Positions 56,497-64,000 of a stretch of 64,000 nt of DNA are shown piece after piece. The notes under the pieces are model-generated. The model did no database searches. It was not told the DNA's origin and saw only the letters and a program-made list of their open reading frames with translations. Positions within the stretch are counted from its first letter, which is position 1. Each line of letters starts with the position of its first letter. Source of the DNA: a bacterium (GTDB lineage: Bacteria > Patescibacteriota > UBA1384 > XYA2-FULL-43-10 > JAKAMI01); the NCBI GenBank assembly GCA_021812945.1, contig JAKAMI010000001.1:3637-67636 (forward strand). Direction: 5' to 3'. A program made the position numbers and the translations under genes.

Positions 56497-57459
56497 TCAA
56501 TCATTAGTAATTTTCTTTACCTCTCCCTCCTTTAGCTCAACCCCATCGGACTTTTTAACCTCCTCCAGATATTGGTCGATTTTATCAAGACCCGCATCGA
56601 CATTCGTCTCCGGTTTTCCCGGTTCTTCAAGCCCTTGTTCATCGCTGATCCCGCGATCGGAGTTTTGCTCGTTCATCACCCCATCTCCTAATAACGACTG
56701 GGGAGGCTGCTGATATTGTTCAAAACTTGGTTCGGACTCATCATTCGCGCCACTAAAGTTATCACCTGTACGGTTTTCGGACAGGCTAGGATTCTCTGAA
56801 TTGTTCCGATCCAGCATCGGCAAACTCTCGATATATCTCGGATCGGCCGGGTTATTTTGTAATTCCTGAGCGGGCGGTTGAATCCTGGTTATGACCCCTT
56901 GCTCAATATTTTGCTCGGTTAGAATCCGATCCCGTTCGATCTGACTCTCGTGCAAATCGGCAATTTTTTTAGAGACTCGGTAGGGATGAGGGACGGAATA
57001 AAAAACAAAGTTCTCTCGCTCTCCAGCGGTCTGGATATGAACGTCTCCGTAGTGGAACATGGTCGGGAAGAAACCTTCGACTTTGGCGCTGACATCTTGA
57101 ACCTCTCTTAAGTGCAGTTCGGCGATTTCACGCCTAAAAAAACCGATTTGGCGGATATCGACTATTCTTTCGTCGGTAATTATGTAAACGTCGAGATAAT
57201 AATCGACAAAACCGTAAAGCAAAAGTCCGATGATAAAGAGCAGGTAGGCCGATCCGCCCAGAGTCAATAAGCTGTTCACAAGTTCGCTGCTGAACGTATC
57301 CGGAGAATGAATATAGAGAGCAACCAGTATGGCCAGGGGAATCATCATTATCATAGCTATGACTAAAAATGAGATGTAAGTGATCACGTCTCTTCTTAGA
57401 ACCAGAAAAATTCTTTCACTGGGCGCTTGACCCGGAAAATATCGACCCTCGATAGCCAT
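56497..57459 (-). CDS. Membrane protein with bacterial PH (bPH_2/YdbT-like) domain and acidic C-terminal tail
   Basis: Two TM helices, then a PH-like core (IITDERIVDIRQIGFFRREIAELHLREVQDVS...GDVHIQTAG). Low-complexity Asp/Glu/Gln-rich C-terminus. Confidence 0.55.
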   Translation of the reverse strand: MAIEGRYFPGQAPSERIFLVLRRDVITYISFLVIAMIMMIPLAILVALYIHSPDTFSSELVNSLLTLGGSAYLLFIIGLLLYGFVDYYLDVYIITDERIVDIRQIGFFRREIAELHLREVQDVSAKVEGFFPTMFHYGDVHIQTAGERENFVFYSVPHPYRVSKKIADLHESQIERDRILTEQNIEQGVITRIQPPAQELQNNPADPRYIESLPMLDRNNSENPSLSENRTGDNFSGANDESEPSFEQYQQPPQSLLGDGVMNEQNSDRGISDEQGLEEPGKPETNVDAGLDKIDQYLEEVKKSDGVELKEGEVKKITND

Positions 57460-57480
57460 AAATATCCTTTGATGATTCGA

Positions 57481-57708
57481 TTATGTTGCCGGCAAACCCA
57501 TAGTCCAAGAATGAGTCAGGATTAGAACAATAGAGGCAACAATTATAAGACTGGCAATAATAACGTATACCACCATCACCGGTTTGGTCAGATCGCCGAC
57601 ATAACCGAATCGCCAAAGATGGTACAAGCCGGCAATACTGAAAAGCGCAAAGCCGATCAGATAAACGATGTAAATGAGTAAAAAATAGATCATAATTACT
57701 TTTAGCAC
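57481..57708 (-). CDS. Small hypothetical membrane protein (75 aa)
   Basis: Two predicted TM helices. Confidence 0.4.
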   Translation of the reverse strand: MLKVIMIYFLLIYIVYLIGFALFSIAGLYHLWRFGYVGDLTKPVMVVYVIIASLIIVASIVLILTHSWTMGLPAT

Positions 57709-57755
57709 AAATCGGGGCGATGATTCAAGACTGGGGGCAATTCGACATCATTATT

Positions 57756-58769
57756 CTAAATCAGCTTAGCCTGGCCACCGGCTGATTTCCGGCCAAGGTG
57801 TTCATATCCTCCCGGAGTGACGATCCGTCCCTGACGGGTACGATCGATGAAACCAATCTGCAACAGGTAAGGTTCTATAACATCCTCAACCGTGTCCCGA
57901 TCTTCGGAAATGGCAGTGGCGATGGTGTCGATACCGACCGGTCCGCCGGAAAATTTATCGATAATGCACTCCAAGTAGCATCTATCATTTTTATCTAGCC
58001 CTAGACTATCTATTTTCAGTTGGTCAAGCGCTTTCTTGGCAATTTCCGCCGTGATTTTGCCTTGATGCAAAACTTCGGCATAGTCGCGGATACGTTTCAG
58101 CAACCGGTTGGCAATCCGCGGAGTTTTGCGAGCTCGTTTGGCGATCTCCTCAAGTCCCCCTTTATCTATCTCAACTTTTAATATTTTGGCTGCTCGTTTG
58201 ATGATTTGTTCCAGCTCTTCCTCAGAGTAAAATTCCAACCGCATGACATGACCGAAACGATCGCGCAGGGGAGAGGAAAGAGCGCCAACTTTGGTAGTGG
58301 CACCGACCAAGGTAAATTTGGGCAAATCTATCCGCATGGTCCGGGCCGAAGGACCCTTGCCTAGAACTAAGTCGATGGCGTAGTCTTCCATCGCCGGATA
58401 CAAAACTTCCTCAATGTTGCGGTTGAGACGATGAATTTCATCGACAAATAAAATGTCACCGTCGGTTAGATTGGTTAAAATCGACGCCAAATCGCCCGCC
58501 CGTTCAATGGCCGGTCCGGAGGTAACGCGAATACCGGTCTGCATCTCGTTGGCGATGATATGCGCCAGGGTGGTTTTGCCGAGCCCCGGCGGACCATATA
58601 ATATTAAATGTTCGAGCGGCTCCTGCCGCTTCTTGGCCGCTTGCAGACTGATCAGTAAGTTCTCCCGTATCGCTTCTTGACCGATATATTCGTCCAATTT
58701 TCGCGGTCGCAAAGTCACTAAGATTTCTTCCTCGACCTGCTCCTTGGGATCTTTAATATCGTCTTCCAT
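57756..58769 (-). CDS. ruvB: Holliday junction branch-migration helicase RuvB
   Basis: Walker [18 protein letters not shown], Walker [11 protein letters not shown], sensor motifs. Confidence 0.95.
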   Translation of the reverse strand: MEDDIKDPKEQVEEEILVTLRPRKLDEYIGQEAIRENLLISLQAAKKRQEPLEHLILYGPPGLGKTTLAHIIANEMQTGIRVTSGPAIERAGDLASILTNLTDGDILFVDEIHRLNRNIEEVLYPAMEDYAIDLVLGKGPSARTMRIDLPKFTLVGATTKVGALSSPLRDRFGHVMRLEFYSEEELEQIIKRAAKILKVEIDKGGLEEIAKRARKTPRIANRLLKRIRDYAEVLHQGKITAEIAKKALDQLKIDSLGLDKNDRCYLECIIDKFSGGPVGIDTIATAISEDRDTVEDVIEPYLLQIGFIDRTRQGRIVTPGGYEHLGRKSAGGQAKLI

Positions 58770-58800
58770 AACTTTATAACTTTACAAACTTTATAACTTT
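58770..58800. repeat. TAAAGTT-nonamer repeat filling the entire ruvA-ruvB spacer
   Basis: AACTTTATAACTTTACAAACTTTATAACTTT. Shared with 36490-36528 and 34990-35030. Confidence 0.7.
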
Positions 58801-59385
58801 CTACTTGCTTAGGTTCTTAAGCAGCCATCTTATTTTTCCCTCCGAATCGCCAATCTCTGCCGGCACCTTCGGAATCATCTTGACGATCTCGGCTCGTTTA
58901 TAGCCGAGTGATTCCAGCGCCTCCACCACCTCGTCGGCCTCTATGGTCTGGCCGATGACGCCACTGCCGTCCATCCCGCTTATCTTTGATTTTAGATCCA
59001 AAATAATCTTGGCCGCCACTTTCTTGCCGATGCCGGAAATGGCGGTAAAAAATCCCAGATCTTCGTTGACGATTGAGGCGATGATCCGGTCTGAAGACGC
59101 TGAGGCCATTATCAACATTCCCGCCTTTGGTCCGACCCCGTTGACCGAGATCAATTTTTCGAAAAGTTCTAACTCTTCAAACGTCCTAAAGCCATAAAAA
59201 TCATCCGCATCCTCCCGAATGTTCTCATAAATGAACAACTCTATAATTCCGGATTCTTCCTTTATTTTGAGATTTGAGATCTGAACTTTGAGATCTGTAA
59301 AAACTTTGTACCCGACCCCGCCGACATCCAGCACCACAAATCCCGGTTTCTCCAATATTATTTTTCCGCGCAAAAATGAAATCAT
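58801..59385 (-). CDS. ruvA: Holliday junction DNA-binding protein RuvA
   Basis: N-terminal OB domain (MISFLRGKIILEKPGFVVLDVGGVGYKV), HhH motifs (LISVNGVGPKAG, ISGIGKKVAAKI). Confidence 0.92.
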   Translation of the reverse strand: MISFLRGKIILEKPGFVVLDVGGVGYKVFTDLKVQISNLKIKEESGIIELFIYENIREDADDFYGFRTFEELELFEKLISVNGVGPKAGMLIMASASSDRIIASIVNEDLGFFTAISGIGKKVAAKIILDLKSKISGMDGSGVIGQTIEADEVVEALESLGYKRAEIVKMIPKVPAEIGDSEGKIRWLLKNLSK

Positions 59386-60719
59386 TTAACAATGCTTAAT
59401 AATTTTTCTTTCTCTCGTTTGAGAATTTCTTGGCTCTTGGCCTCCATGTTTAGTTTTACTACCGGCTCGGTGTTTGAGCCTCGAAGGTTGAAACGAAACT
59501 CTGGCGACTCCACCGTCAGCCCGTCAAGCTCATTTTGGGAGAATTCTCGATAATTCTCCTTAACGGTTTTAATCATTTCGGCTGGATCTTCGACCTGAAA
59601 TTTGATTTCTTCGCTCAAAGCATGACCGGCTTGATATTTTGAGAGTAGCTGGGAAAGTTTCTGACCGCTTTCTGAAATTATCTGCCAAACCAGTAAAAAT
59701 GGTATTATACCGTTGTCGCAGTAATGGTTTTCTTTAAAGAAATAATGAGCAGTCATTTCAGCTCCAAACTCGGCTCCCTCTTTTAACATTTTTTCCTTAA
59801 GAAAACGATAACCGGCTTTTGTTGAGAAAAATTGACCGTCGTTTTCGGTGACTGCTTTTTCGATTGGCCAAATAATTCTGGCATCGCCAACGACTTTCAG
59901 TTTAGGATATTTTTTGGAAAGCTGTTCGCACAATAAGGCTGTAATATACGGGGCGTCGATAAAATTGCCCGCTTCGTCGAGAAAGAAACACCGATCTCCA
60001 TCGCCATCCCAGATAACCCCGAATTCAGCACCAGATTTTTTGAATTTTTCAACAGATCCCCCTCTAACCTGGCTGTTTAAGGGGTTCGGTTCGGACAAAC
60101 CACCAAAATTTTGATCCGGGTCAGCGTTATTGTACACCGGTTCGACCGGCAATTCGTTCAAGAGGTCTTTAATGATTAAGCCCACAGAACCATAGAGTGG
60201 ATCAAAAAAGATTTTTGTTTTCTTTAGCTTGCTAATATTTACAAACTTTAATAAAAACTTAATATAATCTTTGTTTATATTCACTTCAGTGGCTGAACCC
60301 TTGTCTCCAAGAGAATCGAAGTTGCCTTCGATCACCCCGGACTTCAACTCGGTATCTTCGCCCGGGATAGAGACTGCGCCCTTACTCATCATTTTAATCC
60401 CACCGTAGCCGACCGGATTATGAGAAGCGGAGGCTATGATCCCGCCATCGTAAGCGTAAAACCAAGTGGCAAAACCAATCATCGGATTGGTCATTCGGCC
60501 AGCTAAAAAAACATCTACACCCTGATCGATTAGCCCTTCGACGATCTGGTCGTAAATTTCATCCGAAGCTTGCCGCATATCTTTGCCGACAATAACCTGC
60601 TTTGGTTTGATTTTTTTAGCGTAGGAAACTGCAATTTTATAAGCAATTTCTCCGTTTAGTTGATCCGGATAAATCCCCCGTACATCGTAAGCCTTAAAAA
60701 TCTTCTCGTTAATCTCCAT
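59382..60719 (-). CDS. Phosphohexomutase (phosphomannomutase/phosphoglucomutase family)
   Basis: Active-site phosphoserine loop ASASHNPVGYGGIK, metal-binding DGDGDR. Confidence 0.85.
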   Translation of the reverse strand: MEINEKIFKAYDVRGIYPDQLNGEIAYKIAVSYAKKIKPKQVIVGKDMRQASDEIYDQIVEGLIDQGVDVFLAGRMTNPMIGFATWFYAYDGGIIASASHNPVGYGGIKMMSKGAVSIPGEDTELKSGVIEGNFDSLGDKGSATEVNINKDYIKFLLKFVNISKLKKTKIFFDPLYGSVGLIIKDLLNELPVEPVYNNADPDQNFGGLSEPNPLNSQVRGGSVEKFKKSGAEFGVIWDGDGDRCFFLDEAGNFIDAPYITALLCEQLSKKYPKLKVVGDARIIWPIEKAVTENDGQFFSTKAGYRFLKEKMLKEGAEFGAEMTAHYFFKENHYCDNGIIPFLLVWQIISESGQKLSQLLSKYQAGHALSEEIKFQVEDPAEMIKTVKENYREFSQNELDGLTVESPEFRFNLRGSNTEPVVKLNMEAKSQEILKREKEKLLSIVK

Positions 60720-60755
60720 CTTGTCTCCTGAACACTAAATTGATTAAATGATTTA

Positions 60756-61757
60756 TTATTTCGTCTTGATAATCGCCTCAAACGACTCTCCGGCCGCTTT
60801 CAGATATCGTACCCAGATGTGATTATTTCTATTTTCATTGTCAGGCAACCTGTCAAACCATTCTGAGTTGGTAGTGACCGTCCTAATCACCACCGCTCGG
60901 AATAGATCCTTATCCTCCTTTGTTTTTATTTTTCGATCAACTAAATATTTTTGCCAATCTGGTAACCTCCATAAAAATAACCAGAGATAAGTAAGATCAC
61001 TCAGTCTATTGTCTAAACAAAAAAGCTCCAAGTCCGAAAACCTTACTCCAAAATTTTTGTCGATAATAATATTTGAAGGAAGAAGATCTCCGACACTAGC
61101 AGTCGTGTTGTCCTTCGACAAAAGTAGAGTTTTTATTCCAAAGAAAAATTCTACTTGGTTTGAAAGCGAAAATTGAAATTGACGCTCCAGATCAGTGACC
61201 GGATGATTTGTAACAGCTAACGGGAATCTTGGCTTGACTTGATTCCGGCTTAGACCGGCCAGTTCAATGAATTTGCCATCGATAAGTTGAAGACTATCGA
61301 GATAGTTTAATATCTGATCTAGTATCTTCTCTTTTGAATAAACAAATTTTTCTTGTACCAAATCGTGGTTAAAAAGAGCATTCAGATCTTTAAGTTTCCC
61401 TCTTGGATCAGCCAAACTCGAGCCATTATAGTATCTTCTAATAAGCCAAACGAATTCTCCGGCTTCGCCTTTTTGGATAACGTCAGTTTTTAAAATCTTA
61501 CTATCCGGATGTTTTGAGTTGAAACGGTCTAACATTCTGTCGACTGTAAACTCCTTATCAACCCTCTCCAAGATTTCTGGGTTTTTGTGATAGATTTTTA
61601 TTAAGGAAGGATCTCCCCGAAAAGTTCCCTTTATCAGAAGACGGCCTTTATCAGCTTCCTCTATTACAAACTCGGAAAAATTAAATCCTAGTTCATTCAA
61701 AATCTCTTGATAGTGTTGTTTGAGACCAATCATATATTTATAGTTAATTCTTGCCAA
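60756..61757 (-). CDS. Hypothetical protein, possibly kinase-like (APH/ChoK-type) phosphotransferase fold
   Basis: Segment LLPSNIIIDKNFGVRFSDLELF resembles the catalytic-loop/DFE region of small-molecule kinases. Confidence 0.3.
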   Translation of the reverse strand: MARINYKYMIGLKQHYQEILNELGFNFSEFVIEEADKGRLLIKGTFRGDPSLIKIYHKNPEILERVDKEFTVDRMLDRFNSKHPDSKILKTDVIQKGEAGEFVWLIRRYYNGSSLADPRGKLKDLNALFNHDLVQEKFVYSKEKILDQILNYLDSLQLIDGKFIELAGLSRNQVKPRFPLAVTNHPVTDLERQFQFSLSNQVEFFFGIKTLLLSKDNTTASVGDLLPSNIIIDKNFGVRFSDLELFCLDNRLSDLTYLWLFLWRLPDWQKYLVDRKIKTKEDKDLFRAVVIRTVTTNSEWFDRLPDNENRNNHIWVRYLKAAGESFEAIIKTK

Positions 61758-61770
61758 ATCTTGTTTTGAT

Positions 61771-62787
61771 TCAGTTGACCAGTTTTTCGTATACTTTTAG
61801 GTAATCATCCACCATCCGCTTCACCGAAAAATTATCTTCGACAAATTTACGGCAATCTTTACGACTGATTGTCTCGATTTTCTTTAAAGCTTCCTCTGCT
61901 CCTTCGATCGAATTATCAGTCAAAAATCCATTTACCCCATCTTTAACCAACTCAGGGAAAGCACCTCTCGGATTAACTATTACCGGAGTGCCGCAAGCGT
62001 TGGCCTCCGGCACTACCAATCCAAAAGGTTCCTCCCAGTTGATAAGTGACACCAAGGCTTTGGCACCTTTGAGTAATTTAAGCTTTTCGTCAAAACCCAC
62101 TTCACCCACATACACGATCTGTTCTCCATCGATTTCCGGTTTGACAAATTCTTCATAGTACTTTTCGTCTTCGATCCTTGCCGCGAGCAGTAATCGATGA
62201 TTTGTTCTTTTAGCCAAATCTATTGCTTCTTTGGCTCCTTTTACAGCGTCGAATCTTCCCAAGAAAAAGAGGTAGTCTTCGGACTTATCGTTAAAATCAT
62301 AATCATCGACAGGGATTCCATTGTAAACCGTTGCTGCATAATTCAGCGCCTCAAACCCGACTCTCTGATTATTTGAAATAGAAATTAGGTGAAAATTCTC
62401 GACTGATTGATATAAAACGGTCTTTTCTGGATTGGTTGGGACATGAAGCGTTGAAATGACCGGTTTGTTAGTTAATTTCGCTAGAAGTGTTCCAAGCGGA
62501 CCAAGATGGTCGTGGATCAGGTCATATTTGGCCGAATTTTTAGCTATTTTATACATCATCCTCAGCTGATCCGGCAAGGATGAGGTTTTACCTGTTTTTG
62601 ACCAACTACCTTTTTCGATGATTGGTATAAGATTGCCTGACGTTTCGGAGTCTGCAGTAGAGTACAAATCAACTTGATGGCCTCGCCTGACCAGTTCTTC
62701 CGTAAGATAGTAGATCACGAACTCCGATCCACCGTACTTGTCCGGAGGAACTTTGATGGCTAAAGGTGTAACCATAGCTATTTTCAT
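61771..62787 (-). CDS. Glycosyltransferase family 4
   Basis: GT4 C-terminal EEPFGLVVPEANACGTPVIVNPRGAFPELVKDGVNGFL. Confidence 0.82.
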   Translation of the reverse strand: MKIAMVTPLAIKVPPDKYGGSEFVIYYLTEELVRRGHQVDLYSTADSETSGNLIPIIEKGSWSKTGKTSSLPDQLRMMYKIAKNSAKYDLIHDHLGPLGTLLAKLTNKPVISTLHVPTNPEKTVLYQSVENFHLISISNNQRVGFEALNYAATVYNGIPVDDYDFNDKSEDYLFFLGRFDAVKGAKEAIDLAKRTNHRLLLAARIEDEKYYEEFVKPEIDGEQIVYVGEVGFDEKLKLLKGAKALVSLINWEEPFGLVVPEANACGTPVIVNPRGAFPELVKDGVNGFLTDNSIEGAEEALKKIETISRKDCRKFVEDNFSVKRMVDDYLKVYEKLVN

Positions 62788-63842
62788 TTCAACCTCCTTA
62801 AAATATCTCCTAGCATATTTTCCTCACCGACAATGTGATGGCCTTTTTGGAAGTTGATCATTTCCTCTCTTTTTTCATAGAATAAAAGTTGTTCAATCGA
62901 TTTCAACACTTCTGCGATATCATCACTATAATAATGCATTTTACATAACCCGGCTTTTTCAAAAGGTTTAACTTCCCATGCGTGAGTATGAATTTTTTCT
63001 CCGGGTTTCATAACTGAGACGTTAGAAACAGCCGGAACCATTGAGGAAATTGCTTGTTCCAGAGTGCCCAATCCTTGGTGTTGAAAAACCAGGTCTGAAG
63101 ATGCCAAATACTCATAAAAAGTTTGACTATCAACATTCCCACCAGTTTTTACTACCCAAGGTTTTTTGGGTTCTTCTCCACTGAGATATATGACCTTGAT
63201 ATCCTTGTGCCGACTATGGAGCCTATCGAATATTTGAACAAAACGTTGAAAATAATCATCACGAAAAGTTACTCCGCTTCCAATGTAAGTAAAGATTAAC
63301 TTTTCTGATTGTAGGACTCCGAGTTTCTTTCTTATTTTTGTTTTCATACGATGACTTAGAGGTGAATATGAAGGTATGAGACCCACTGTAGTAATAATAT
63401 TTTTTATTTTATCCGGGATAATATAGGCGCCTCCCTTTTCAACTAGTCCATACATAAAAACATCTTTTGGGAAATTCAAATATATTCGATCCAACCAGTT
63501 AATAAATGGAAACCTTTCAGCTTGGTTAAACAACCAGTTCGAGTCAAGCGATACGCAGAATGGTTTTTTTTCGGGAGGAATATTTTGAAAATCAGGTTCC
63601 ACTCCAAACATTTTGGAGTTGCAAAATACTACCGCATCATACTTTTCCGAAGCGATATGTCTTTTTACATCAGTACCGTTTTTGAACATAACTTTAGAAC
63701 AACTCATCCTTTTCAAAAAGTGTAAGTTTTCTTCGAGAAGCAATCCAAAAGTGACTTTGTGGTGTGCTTTGATCATGTATTTACCCAAAGCCGCACCCTG
63801 GGATGTCTCCCCCGGACCCATGGTTATTACCAAGAATCTCAT
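62784..63842 (-). CDS. Putative GT-B fold glycosyltransferase (GT1/GT28-like)
   Basis: C-terminal nucleotide-sugar-binding-like block YIGSGVT...VFQHQGLGTLEQAISSMVP. Overlaps the upstream GT4 gene by 4 nt. Confidence 0.45.
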   Translation of the reverse strand: MRFLVITMGPGETSQGAALGKYMIKAHHKVTFGLLLEENLHFLKRMSCSKVMFKNGTDVKRHIASEKYDAVVFCNSKMFGVEPDFQNIPPEKKPFCVSLDSNWLFNQAERFPFINWLDRIYLNFPKDVFMYGLVEKGGAYIIPDKIKNIITTVGLIPSYSPLSHRMKTKIRKKLGVLQSEKLIFTYIGSGVTFRDDYFQRFVQIFDRLHSRHKDIKVIYLSGEEPKKPWVVKTGGNVDSQTFYEYLASSDLVFQHQGLGTLEQAISSMVPAVSNVSVMKPGEKIHTHAWEVKPFEKAGLCKMHYYSDDIAEVLKSIEQLLFYEKREEMINFQKGHHIVGEENMLGDILRRLK

Positions 63843-63844
63843 TT

Positions 63845-64000
63845 TTAAACCTCGATTAATTGCGTGATATAATTCGCAAGCCTCCTGGCTCCTTGTCCGT
63901 CGACTATTTTGGCTTGAGCTCGTTTCATCTTATTCGTATTTTTTGGCTCTAAGACTTTATTTATTAAAGGTTTGATTTTACTCGACCAACCGGTTTGATT
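63845..64000 (-). CDS. Hypothetical protein, C-terminal fragment (start beyond window)
   Basis: Open frame from the right edge to TAA at 63845-63847. Translation ends ...MKRAQAKIVDGQGARRLANYITQLIEV. Confidence 0.35.
   Translation of the reverse strand, partial: NQTGWSSKIKPLINKVLEPKNTNKMKRAQAKIVDGQGARRLANYITQLIEV

Overview
This 64-kb window looks like part of a small, AT-leaning bacterial chromosome, most consistent with a reduced genome such as a Candidate Phyla Radiation (CPR)/Patescibacteria-like symbiont. Most genes lie on the minus strand. Core information-processing genes are present: rpoC (partial, runs off the left edge), rpoB, obg, infB, gyrA, gyrB (carrying a mini-intein), ruvA, ruvB, tsaE, tsaB, and the RNA genes ssrA (tmRNA) and rnpB. 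Also present are a c-di-AMP module (cdaA-cdaR) next to a secreted LysM-CHAP cell-wall hydrolase, malic enzyme, an aldehyde dehydrogenase, a polysaccharide/glycosylation cluster (WbaP-like sugar transferase, GT4 enzymes, a DUF4012-like protein), a MacB-like ABC pair, and several large surface proteins. One of these is a 3,893-aa giant adhesin-like protein with LamG, BNR, beta-helix and FN3 signatures.

The most unusual content is the non-coding repeats:
- The RNase P RNA gene is split into three recognisable pieces by three near-identical ~170-bp AT-rich elements. Each is bounded by terminal hairpins and sits where P3, P9 and a 3' linker would be.
- A REP-like palindrome family (AAAGACAGTCTTT arms) is scattered between genes. 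Two inverted copies flank an IS200/IS605-type HuH tyrosine transposase gene, the classic REP/RAYT arrangement. Two further copies are embedded in-frame in the giant adhesin gene.
- A second hairpin MITE-like family (GTCATCCTGAGCTTGCGAAGGATC arms) brackets a GC-rich foreign-looking islet.
- A GGTGACC...CCACAGAT inverted-pair element recurs immediately upstream of rpoC, obg and infB.
- Several intergenic regions carry iteron-like arrays of 7-10-bp direct repeats arranged as inverted halves.
- A GC-rich ankyrin-repeat gene sits directly 3' of ssrA, a typical islet position.

No CRISPR array, rRNA or standard tRNA was found. All numbers are read by eye from the sequence. Domain calls are motif-based and unverified by database search.
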